This document shows, piece by piece, positions 1 through 8,302 of a stretch of 64,000 nt of DNA (within the stretch, counting starts at the first letter, position 1; every line of letters begins with the position of its first letter). Below the pieces are notes generated by a model. That model was not told where the DNA came from. It worked only from the letters and a program-made list of their open reading frames with translations, and searched no databases. This DNA is from Syntrophales bacterium. GTDB lineage: Bacteria > Desulfobacterota > Syntrophia > Syntrophales > UBA2210. The stretch is taken from assembly GCA_963662405.2 (NCBI GenBank), contig CAXXKT010000002.1, positions 32,001-96,000 on the forward strand. The letters are read 5' to 3'. The translations under genes were made by a program, and so were the position numbers.

Positions 1-26
1 TTTTGTCTTTTTCATATCTTGCCCCC

Positions 27-52
27 ATTATGATGTGACTTTACATCATAAT
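27..52. promoter_or_regulatory. Palindromic operator-like site upstream of a minus-strand gene that starts at position 15 (MKKTK...) and runs off the window
   Basis: Perfect 10-bp inverted repeat ATTATGATGT-gacttt-ACATCATAAT; TTGACA on the minus strand at 74-79; ATG at 13-15 (minus). Confidence 0.55.
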
Positions 53-136
53 CATCTCATATATCATTTCCATTGTCAAAGGTTTTTTTTCTAATGAAAT
101 TCAAAAAATGCGGGGAGAGAGCTAATCACACAAAGA

Positions 137-266
137 CTCTCCCCTTACGCCTTGCCGTGATTAGCACGAGCGCCCGAACTGTCAAGGGTTCCCTTCGGCT
201 CACTTCGTTCGGCCTTGACAGTCCGGCCTTGGCTCGTGCTTAAAAATAATCAGGCGACGGGGAGAG
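137..266. promoter_or_regulatory. Long nested hairpin resembling Frpo/ssi-type single-stranded DNA promoters
   Basis: Nested inverted repeats ctctcccc/ggggagag, tgatt/aatca, agcacgagc/gctcgtgct, actgtcaagg/ccttgacagt; TTGACA lies within the stem (215-220). Confidence 0.5.
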
Positions 267-613
267 GGTAGGGCGACATTCAGGCTCAAGGAAAAGGGTA
301 GAAACTATGTAAATGTTCATTTTGATGGTTCATGTCCACTTATTTGTCGGAATAATTTGGTAGCATAAGTTGTAATCACAATATGAAAGCAAAACATTAA
401 ATTATCTTGACAATACACTGCCATAGAGTTAACAACTAGTTGTTTTAAATCTTGATGTAAATTTTCTTAAAGTACCCAGCTGTAACAATCAGTTGCCCTG
501 AATCAGTACGCTATGCGCGCAGCATCTCATGAATCAGTGAATTGATTTGACCCATTCAGGATAAATCATCCGCAGAGTGTTATGTCTATTAACGAAAGAT
601 ATATCTATAAGGT

Positions 614-967
614 GTGAATTTTATGAAAAGAACGATCTCAGTCTTTATCGCATCTCCAAGTGATCTCGCCAATGAGCGTCGTTATTTCAAGGAAGCAATT
701 AAACAGTTAAACGTAGGCTTTGGCGATGGTGCAAATGTCGAATTTGTACCTTTGGGATGGGAGGATACCCTGGCATCAACAGGAAGACGGAACCAGGATG
801 TGATCAATAAAGAAGTAGATGAGTGTGATGTGTTTATTTTGGTAATGTATAGACGGTGGGGCCAAAACGCGCTCGATGCAGAACCATATACGTCATACAC
901 AGAAGAGGAATTTTACAGAGCCCTTGAACGGTGGAAAAAAGAAGAGTCTCCTGAGATATTTGTTTTT
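614..967 (+). pseudogene. 5' part of a DUF4062 (TIR/nucleoside-deoxyribosyltransferase-like)-TPR gene interrupted by an IS1595 element
   Basis: VFIASPSDL...ER, GWE, DECDVFILVMYRRWG, YTEEEF..A motifs typical of DUF4062; the frame continues at 4033 once the element is removed. Confidence 0.85.
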
Positions 968-980
968 GGCGATTATATAC

Positions 981-1009
981 TTGACAAACCCATTTGGGGG
1001 TGCTATTCT
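981..1009 (+). promoter_or_regulatory. sigma70 promoter of the transposase, overlapping the left TIR
   Basis: TTGACA-17 bp-TATTCT with extended TG; GGAGG RBS before ATG 1031. Confidence 0.7.
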
Positions 1010-1030
1010 ACTTTCAAATGGAGGCAAACC

Positions 1031-1960
1031 ATGAAAACTATAGGATTTGATGCCCCGTATTTCACGGACGATAAAAAGGCTAGGCTATATCTTGAAAAAG
1101 TAAGATGGCCTAATGGTCCAATTTGTCCCCACTGTGGGAGTAATGAAAAGCATTATTCTCTCAAGAGCAAAGAAGATTCTAAGAAACCAGTCCGGGAAGG
1201 TGTATGGAAGTGCAAAAAATGTAGGAAGCAATTCAGTGTTACCGTGGGAACGGTCTTTGAGAAAAGCCACATACCACTTAACAAATGGCTATTTGCAACG
1301 TTTCTTATTTGCTCTTCCAAGAAAGGTGCGAGCGCACATCAACTGCATCGTATGATAGGGGTTACCTATAAAACAGCGTGGTTTATGTTTCACCGTATTA
1401 GATACGCAATGGATCAAAAGCCAAAAGGGAAAATGACTGGTACGGTTGAAGCTGATGAGACCTATGTTGGCGGGAAGGGGCATGGCAAGCGTGGGCGTGG
1501 TGCCGAAAAAAAGACTCCGGTCTTTTCCTTGGTAGAACGTAATGGTTCCGTAAGGTCCATGCCAGTAGAGCGCGTTACAAGTGTAAACCTAAAGGCCATT
1601 ATTAGGGAACATGTTGAAAAAACTGCAACTATAATGACCGATGACTTTCTTTCCTATCGTGGCTTGGGACGTGAATTCTCGTTGCATCACGTCATTAACC
1701 ATGGTAATAAAGAATACGTCCGTGGGAATGTACACACCAACACGATTGAGGGGTATTTTAGTATCCTTAAACGCGGGATAGTTGGGGTTTATCAGCATGT
1801 TGGTAAACAGCATCTTCACAGATACCTTTCTGAATTTGATTTCCGGTACAACGAACGTAAAGTTGATGATGCACAACGGAGTGTATTGGCTCTGTGTGGC
1901 ATTGAAGGGAAAAGACTTATGTACAGGGACTCATCGGCAGAAAGAAGGATTGCAATGTGA
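1031..1960 (+). CDS. IS1595-family (ISXO2-like) DDE transposase
   Basis: Zn ribbon WPNGPICPHCG...WKCKKCRKQFS, HTH, VEADETY, IMTDDF, HTNTIEGYF, YLSEFDFRYNER; the ORF track fuses it to the upstream DUF4062 fragment. Confidence 0.93.
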   Translation: MKTIGFDAPYFTDDKKARLYLEKVRWPNGPICPHCGSNEKHYSLKSKEDSKKPVREGVWKCKKCRKQFSVTVGTVFEKSHIPLNKWLFATFLICSSKKGASAHQLHRMIGVTYKTAWFMFHRIRYAMDQKPKGKMTGTVEADETYVGGKGHGKRGRGAEKKTPVFSLVERNGSVRSMPVERVTSVNLKAIIREHVEKTATIMTDDFLSYRGLGREFSLHHVINHGNKEYVRGNVHTNTIEGYFSILKRGIVGVYQHVGKQHLHRYLSEFDFRYNERKVDDAQRSVLALCGIEGKRLMYRDSSAERRIAM

Positions 1961-2769
1961 GGTCTTTTGATATGACTGAAATAAAAATACGGGTTTTGTT
2001 AAACAAGGGGAAAATCGGTGTTCCCCTAGATAAACTTGGAAACATTTCTAGTGAAACGATGAAATTCTTGCGTTTAATGACTCGTGATGTGGGAATTTCT
2101 TCCTTTGACAAAGGCAAATGGATAGCGAAAAATTTTGAAAATGGTTCTCTTGCTTATGATAGCGTTTATGAGGGTGTCTATGAGCAGGAACATGTAGAAA
2201 AGTTTAATGCTGGGATTGTATATACAACTTCTCGTTTGCAAGAGGATATACCACGCTGCGATTTTGTGAGTTCTGAAACCATGTTGCAATATACAAAAAT
2301 CGGGAATCATATTGATGCAGGAGAAGTAATTGAGTTTGGACTGTACAAAAACGGAACGAGAGTTCCCGGTGAATGGAAAGAGCTAACAAAAGAAAAGGCG
2401 GAACAAATATCCAAGGTTGTTAAAACTTATGTAGAATATATGGGCTCAATATATGGCTCCATTCACGCTTTTAACAAGGGTGCTAAACCACAATTTATAA
2501 GTGTAAGGGATGCCATAACCGGTGATTTGATTCATTGCGAATTTGGGTTAGAGCACTATCAAGATATAATACGAGCCCTTAAAGGACCAAATTCAACTGT
2601 ATATATTTCTGGTCGGATTAAAGAAAACCTTGTCACCAAAAAGATTGACTCCATTTCTTTAACAAGAATTAAGGTTGCTCCTGTATTATCTGATGAAGAA
2701 TATCACATGTTTTTTGGATGTGCTCCCGATATTGAATCAATAAAGGATGATGATATCTATGGAGACTGA
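1957..2769 (+). CDS. Hypothetical protein, IS passenger, likely partner of the PIN nuclease
   Basis: 270-aa ORF, GTGA overlap with the transposase stop (alternative ATG 1972), overlaps the PIN gene. Confidence 0.75.
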   Translation: MRSFDMTEIKIRVLLNKGKIGVPLDKLGNISSETMKFLRLMTRDVGISSFDKGKWIAKNFENGSLAYDSVYEGVYEQEHVEKFNAGIVYTTSRLQEDIPRCDFVSSETMLQYTKIGNHIDAGEVIEFGLYKNGTRVPGEWKELTKEKAEQISKVVKTYVEYMGSIYGSIHAFNKGAKPQFISVRDAITGDLIHCEFGLEHYQDIIRALKGPNSTVYISGRIKENLVTKKIDSISLTRIKVAPVLSDEEYHMFFGCAPDIESIKDDDIYGD

Positions 2770-3316
2770 AAACCGGGTATACATGGATTCGTGTTGTTTT
2801 ATTGATATGGCGAAGATGGCAAAAATTACTCATCTCAATAAAAACACACACGATCCAACCGGAAGAACTGAGGATGTATGGTACTTGAGGCGTCTGTGTG
2901 ATGCTGCTAGGGCTGGAGATATCGAGATTATAAGCTCAACGTTGGCAATAGCCGAATGTCTTCATGATGGCAATCGAGACAAAATAGATGATACAGCAAA
3001 GGATTTATTTGAAAAATACCTAACTTCAGGAAGTGTTGTTTTACCTATTGAAGCTGGGTATGATGTGTGTGTTCAAGCGAGAGATTTATTTTGGAGGCAC
3101 GGGATTCTTTTGTCGGGTGCAGATCAGGTGCATCTCGCATCAGCAATTGAAACGAATTGCAGGGAGCTCATCACCACTGACGAGAAAATACAGACTAGGC
3201 AGAAATTTCATGATGCTATTGCGCCAATAGAGAAAATACTTGGAATCACAGTTATTCGCGCTTCGGCTACCACGATATTGCCGGGGAAATATAGACAAGT
3301 ACAAGCAGGCATATGA
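2747..3316 (+). CDS. PIN-domain (VapC-like) ribonuclease
   Basis: RVYMDSCCFI, SSTLAIAECL, GADQVHLASA, LITTDEK: the acidic D/E/D/D PIN signature. Confidence 0.8.
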   Translation: MMISMETENRVYMDSCCFIDMAKMAKITHLNKNTHDPTGRTEDVWYLRRLCDAARAGDIEIISSTLAIAECLHDGNRDKIDDTAKDLFEKYLTSGSVVLPIEAGYDVCVQARDLFWRHGILLSGADQVHLASAIETNCRELITTDEKIQTRQKFHDAIAPIEKILGITVIRASATTILPGKYRQVQAGI

Positions 3317-3486
3317 ATAAAAGCAAAAAGAATAAAGAAAATAAACCGCTAGAAATTGGTTCGCCAGTAATTGAACGCGATGAATTTGATGCGTTAATCA
3401 AGAAGGTTCTTTCTGTTCCCCCACCCAAGAAATCAGAAAAGAAAAGTAAAAAACAACGTCAAAAGGAGAATAAACATGAAGAATGA
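3313..3486 (+). CDS. Small basic hypothetical protein (57 aa), not in the ORF track
   Basis: ATGA overlap with the PIN stop; MNKSKKNKENKPLEIGSPVIERDEFDALIKKVLSVPPPKKSEKKSKKQRQKENKHEE. Confidence 0.6.
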   Translation: MNKSKKNKENKPLEIGSPVIERDEFDALIKKVLSVPPPKKSEKKSKKQRQKENKHEE

Positions 3487-3721
3487 AAAACAGACTTCAG
3501 AAGAAGTTGCAAAACTTGCAGCGCAAACACTCCAAGACGATAATTCTTCCGCTACCGCTAAAAAGTTAGCTGCTTCTGTACTGTCACAATCGGGTACTGG
3601 AAAACAAACAGGCGCAGAGATAGAAGACCTTGCATCAAAGGTATTACAGAGCGATAAATATAGTGACGACACAAAGTCACTTGCTGGATCAGCACTTTCA
3701 CAATCCAACAAAGATAGGTAG
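3476..3721 (+). CDS. Small hypothetical protein made of two ~38-aa tandem repeats
   Basis: KQTSEEVAKLAAQTLQ..AKKLAASVLSQ / KQTGAEIEDLASKVLQ..TKSLAGSALSQ; AAGGAG RBS. Confidence 0.8.
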   Translation: MKNEKQTSEEVAKLAAQTLQDDNSSATAKKLAASVLSQSGTGKQTGAEIEDLASKVLQSDKYSDDTKSLAGSALSQSNKDR

Positions 3722-3724
3722 CGA

Positions 3725-3991
3725 CTATCCTTTCTCTATAAGATCTGTAATTTTCTTTACGCTACAAGTTGGTATATGAATAATACCTGATGCTTGGATA
3801 TTGGTTTCTGATGATATATCACCCATGTTCGGAGCAATGGCCTTTACATCTTTACCGTCATAAATCATGAATCCAACAGAAACACACGATATTGGATCGC
3901 TCTTATGATAGTCACTGAGGTGTTGCCACTCTGGGTATGGCCTCACACTATCAAACCATTCAATCATTACCATTCTAACTTTTTTCTTCAT
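3725..3991 (-). CDS. Small hypothetical protein (IEWFDS...W...CVSVGF motif), IS passenger
   Basis: 88-aa ORF starting just inside the right TIR, convergent with 3476-3721. Confidence 0.7.
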   Translation of the reverse strand: MKKKVRMVMIEWFDSVRPYPEWQHLSDYHKSDPISCVSVGFMIYDGKDVKAIAPNMGDISSETNIQASGIIHIPTCSVKKITDLIEKG

Positions 3992-4032
3992 ATTTATATT
4001 GGGTTTCTAAAGTATATAATCGCCTTGTTTTT

Positions 4033-6255
4033 TTCAAGCGAGTTGATTCGGCATCAGAAGCAGACCCCGGGCCTCAACTAAAAAAAGTGATTGATTTTAA
4101 AAAACGATTAGAAGATACGAGGCAGATTATTTATCGCTATTTCGACGATAAATCTGGTTTTGTCAAAGAGGTGGATAGCCATCTTCGTGCTTACGTAAAA
4201 GGAGATTTACCTAAAACGCCGTCAAGCAAAGATATAATTGTATTACCCACGGCTGCGATTGAAGAGATTGAAAAAGCTAAAACCTATGCTGAACAGAAAG
4301 CTTTAGAGGCAGAACAAGCTCATGATAATGCAGAAAAAACGCGTATTAAATTAGAGAAAATGCAATTACAAACTGCAAAGGATGCGGCGGAATTATCAAA
4401 AGAGGGGAAAATAGAATATGCACGGGAGAAATTTTCAGAGCTTTTAATAGAGTCAGTTGATTTGAGGATTTTATCTCTTGCATATGAGTTCTTCAATTGT
4501 ACAGGTGATTTGGATTCAGCATTTGAAGCTTCGAGAAAGTGGTTAAGCATAAGTGGTCCTGATCAGAAATCCGCTGCTACAGCAAGTGCCTATGGCAATC
4601 TCGGAGTTCTGTATAAGACGCGAGGCGATTTTGAGCGCGCAGAAGAAATGTACCAAAAGTCATTGGTTATCGATGAGGCACTTGATCGTAAAGAAGGCGT
4701 GGCAATCACCTATGGCAACCTCGGTGTCCTGTATCAGATACGAGGTGACCTTGAGCGCGCAGAAGAAATGTACCAAAAGTCATTGACTATCAATGAGGAG
4801 ATTGGTCGTAAAGAGGGTATGGCAAATGCCTATGGGAACCTTGGAGTTCTGTATAAGATGCGAGGCGATATTCAGAAGTCCGAAGAAATGTATCATAAGT
4901 CATTGGCTATCGATGAGAAGATTGGTCGCAAAGAGGGTATGGCAAATGCCTATGGGAATCTCGGGATTTTGTATCAGATACGAGGTGACCTAGAGCACGC
5001 CGAAGAAATGTTTCAAAAGGCATTGACCATCAATGAAACGCTTGGTCGCAAAGAGGGTATGGCAAATAACTATTCTAGCCTCGGAATCCTCTATATAACG
5101 CGAGGTGACATCGAGAGATCCGAAGAAATGCACCAAAAGGCATTGGCCATAGATGACGCGCTCGGTAGCAAAGCCGGTATGGCAAATGAATATGGCAACC
5201 TCGGAATCTTGTATATGAAACGAGGCGATCTTGCGCGAGCCGAAGAAATGCACCAAAGAGCATTGGCCATCAATGAGGCTCTTGGTCGCAAAGAAGGTAT
5301 GGCAAATGCCTATGGCAACCTCGGAATCCTGTATAAGACGCGAGGCGACCTTGCGCGAGCCGAAGAAATGTTTCAAAAGGCATTGACCATCAATGAAACG
5401 CTTGGTCGCAAAGAAGGTATGGCAAATGACTATTCAAACCTCGGGATCCTGTATAAGACGCGAGGGAACCTAGAGCACGCCGAAGAAATGTACCAAAAGG
5501 CATTGACCATATCTGAGGCACTTGGCAGCAAAGAGGGTATGGCAATTGACTATAGCAACCTCGGGATCCTGTATAAGACGCGAGGCGACCTAGACCGCGC
5601 AGAAGAAATGTACCAAAAAGCATTGGCCATCGATGAAGCGCTTGGTCGTAAAGAGGGCATGGCAAATGAATATGGCAATCTCGGGATACTGTATATGGAT
5701 CGGGGCGACTTAGAACGCGCCGAAGAAATGTACCAAAAGTCATTGGCTATCAATGAGGAGATTGGTCGCAAGGAGGGTATAGCAAATGCCTATGGAAACC
5801 TCGGAATTCTGTATCAGAGGCGAGGTGATCTAGAGCACGCCGAAGAAGTGTTCCAAAAGTCATTGGCTATCAATGAGGAGATTGGTCGCAAGGAGGGTAT
5901 AGCAAATGCCTATGGGAACCTCGGGATACTGTATCAGATGCGAGGGAACCTAGAGCACGCCGAAGAAATGCACCAAAAGTCATTGGCTATCAATGAGGAG
6001 ATTGGTCGCAAAGAGGGTATGGCAATTGGCTATAGCAACCTCGGGATCCTGTATAAGATGCGAGGGAACCTAGAGCACGCCGAAGAAATGTTCCAAAAGT
6101 CATTGACTATCAATGAGGAGATTGGTCACAAAGAGGGCATGGCAATTGGCTATAGTAACCTCGGGATCCTGTATAAGACACTAGGCGATCTTGAGCGCGC
6201 TGAAGAAATGCACCAAAGGTCATCACATCTTTTTACTGAATTGAAAAAATCATAG
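4033..6255 (+). pseudogene. 3' part of the DUF4062-TPR gene (14 x 40-aa TPR-like repeats); could be translated separately from GTG 4087
   Basis: In frame with 614-967 after removing the IS and one TSD (…PEIFVF|FKRVDSASEADPGPQLKKVIDF…); repeats AYGNLGILY..RGDLE.AEEM.QKAL.I.E.LGRKEGM. Confidence 0.88.
4561..6240 (+). repeat. 14 tandem 120-bp coding repeats with high internal nucleotide identity
   Basis: Every second 60-nt line repeats (cttggtcgcaaagagggtatggcaaat...tatggcaacctcggaatcctgtat / cgaggcgacct...gaagaaatg...caaaag). Confidence 0.95.
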
Positions 6256-6326
6256 CACTAAAAGAACATACATTTAGACATTGTTCTATTTCAGACAAAA
6301 GATGTCAGCACCCTGCCAAGTATAAA

Positions 6327-6408
6327 GTGGTGCAAAAGTGGTGCAACCACCTTGTAAGTAGTTGATATTATTGGCTGTCGTCAGGTTCAAATCCTGCCGC
6401 CCCGACCA
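6327..6408 (+). mobile_element. Island attachment site: 3' fragment of tRNA-Pro plus arm-like repeats and an IHF-like site
   Basis: CAGGTTCAAATCCTGCCGCCCCGACCA (6382-6408; T-arm, acceptor 3' strand, CCA) without a 5' half; GTGGTGCAA twice (6327-6346); minus-strand TATCAActacTTA matches WATCAANNNNTTR; base composition shifts after this point. Confidence 0.8.
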
Positions 6409-6575
6409 TTTTTATATTGTACAATCTTTATTTGTCATTATCTTCTCCAATTTATCCCTTCCCTTTTTTTCAACAATCCACGAAACAGTCTCTCTCTATT
6501 GGTCTGTCTCGATTGGTATGGCCATGCGATACTTACTTTGTTATAATGTCAGGAAAACCCGGTACGGGAGCTTCC

Positions 6576-8249
6576 ATGACCAATTACTTCAAGCAGGCTG
6601 CAGAGAAGATCTATTGTGACGCGAAGAACTCCGGGCGGTTGATCGAAGGGCGATCGCTCGAACAGCTCAAGGAAATCGCCGTGCGGCAGGACGGCGTGAT
6701 CCAGACGAATCTGGGTTCCGTCGCCGCGGATTCCGAGCCCATGTCCCGCTCGGCGCCTCATACGAAAAACAGTGTCGATGAGCCCTTTGGTGACGAAGAG
6801 ACGGCCCTCGCCGCGGAGGCTGTCGAGTATCTCGGGAGGGAAACGATCCTTTCTCTCGATACGATCGTCGGCGACGGGAAGGACGGTGTCACGGCGCGGT
6901 TCATCATGCCGGTTGAACACGCACAGATCGCCTACGGGGTGAAACTCCTCTTCGAAGACACACCGGCCTCCCGGGTGGTGGAAAAACCGACCTATACGAT
7001 CATCTTCTTTACCGATGAGTTCTTCGAACCCAATAAATTCAAGAAACTGATCGACAAGAATGTCTCGGTTCGTCTCTGGATGGGGGACAGGCGCGGGGAG
7101 CAGGTCAAGATCTGCCGTAACAGCACCTACGTGGGTGAGGCGAAGAAAGGTGTCTTTCAATTCGAAGGCTGGCGTGTAAAGAAGATCGATCAGAAGGGGA
7201 TATTTCTTCATTGCGGGGCACGGCGCGATTATCTCTGGGTGTACGATCTCGAGACGGAGCGGCCGGAGCTGCAGGAACTCGTCACGGGCATCTCCGGTCT
7301 CACGGCGACGGGGAAGACAACGACCCTCTGCCGGAAACTGGCGAAGCTGCCCCGCGAGTCGTCCGAAATGATCGGTGACGACGGGGGAATCATAGGGATG
7401 GATGGAAGTTACGCGGCATTCGAACAGGGCGGGATCTATATCAAAACGGAAGGCCTTGACGAGAGCCAGCCGGAGATCCTCCGCGCCGTTCTCGGGGAAG
7501 ATGTATTTCTCGAGAATGTGGCCATCTCCCGCTATCCCTATACCCCCGATTTCAAAGACACCGGCAAAACGGGGAACGGCCGCGCCGTCGTCAGGCGGGA
7601 CCGTCTGGGGATCGCCAGTCAAAGCCTCCGGGCCGACCGTCTCGATTATATCATCATGCTGACACGAAACCCCCTTGCCAATGTCATTTCGCGTCTGTCA
7701 CCCGAACAGGCCACGATGCAGTTTATCTACGGAGAATCGATCGAGAGCTCGGGGGGAAATCCCGAAGAGGCCGGGAAATTCAAGCGTGTCGTCTTCCTTG
7801 ATCCCTTTCTGGTGGGCGATCGCCTGGAACACGCGTTGCTCTTTTATGAGATCATCAAGAAAAACCGCATCAAATGCTACCTGGCCAATACCGGAACCAT
7901 CGGCGAGAACGATCTGAAGGTGTCACTGCGCCAGTCACTCGCCTCGTACAGCGACATACTGCGCGTTCAAATCCGGTTCGGGTCCGAGCCGGATCACCTG
8001 GGATACCACAATCCGATCAAGAGTGACCGGGCGAACATGGACCTGATGAACGCCTATCCCCGGTTTCAGGACAAGGGACTCCTCAAGCAAAAAGTGGCGG
8101 ATTTCTTCAGGGGACGCCGGGCCTTTCTGGAGGATTTCGAATCGAAATGGGGCCCGATCCCGGAGCCGATCCGGGAATCACTCCCGTACCTTGACGATCA
8201 TGTCGATTTTACTTACCTGGAAAAGGAATATCTCGGCTATATCGAGTGA
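6576..8249 (+). CDS. Phosphoenolpyruvate carboxykinase (ATP)-like protein, divergent
   Basis: YVGEAKKG, FLHCGA, P-loop GLTATGKTT, IGDDGG, AFEQGGIYIKT, NGRAV; ATG 6576 after GGGAG. Confidence 0.75.
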   Translation: MTNYFKQAAEKIYCDAKNSGRLIEGRSLEQLKEIAVRQDGVIQTNLGSVAADSEPMSRSAPHTKNSVDEPFGDEETALAAEAVEYLGRETILSLDTIVGDGKDGVTARFIMPVEHAQIAYGVKLLFEDTPASRVVEKPTYTIIFFTDEFFEPNKFKKLIDKNVSVRLWMGDRRGEQVKICRNSTYVGEAKKGVFQFEGWRVKKIDQKGIFLHCGARRDYLWVYDLETERPELQELVTGISGLTATGKTTTLCRKLAKLPRESSEMIGDDGGIIGMDGSYAAFEQGGIYIKTEGLDESQPEILRAVLGEDVFLENVAISRYPYTPDFKDTGKTGNGRAVVRRDRLGIASQSLRADRLDYIIMLTRNPLANVISRLSPEQATMQFIYGESIESSGGNPEEAGKFKRVVFLDPFLVGDRLEHALLFYEIIKKNRIKCYLANTGTIGENDLKVSLRQSLASYSDILRVQIRFGSEPDHLGYHNPIKSDRANMDLMNAYPRFQDKGLLKQKVADFFRGRRAFLEDFESKWGPIPEPIRESLPYLDDHVDFTYLEKEYLGYIE

Positions 8250-8302
8250 TGCTCAAACGAAAGATGATCTCCTTCCAAACCGGATGACCGGCGCGGGAAG
8301 CC

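Larger units (their letters stand above)
968..4024 (+). mobile_element. IS1595-family element carrying passenger genes (3057 bp)
   Basis: TIRs GGCGATTATATACTTgAcAAACCCA (968-992) and reverse complement of 4000-4024 match at 23/25; 8-bp TSD TTGTTTTT at 960-967 and 4025-4032; contains an ISXO2-like transposase. Confidence 0.95.

Noticed and set aside
614..1960. 448-aa ORF as a natural single protein
   Set aside because: The TIR and TSD at 960-992 show it is an insertion chimera; the transposase has its own promoter, RBS and ATG at 1031.
4561..6240. CRISPR array or DGR template/variable repeats
   Set aside because: Repeats are contiguous in-frame coding units without spacers; variation is not adenine-specific and no reverse transcriptase is present.
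579..6281. DUF4062-TPR gene as an integron cassette (GTTATGTCTA upstream, TAGACAT downstream)
   Set aside because: Only 7 bp of complementarity, no AAC core and no recognisable attC stem downstream.
6340..6408. Complete tRNA gene
   Set aside because: No D-arm, anticodon arm or 5' acceptor strand; only the 3' end is present.
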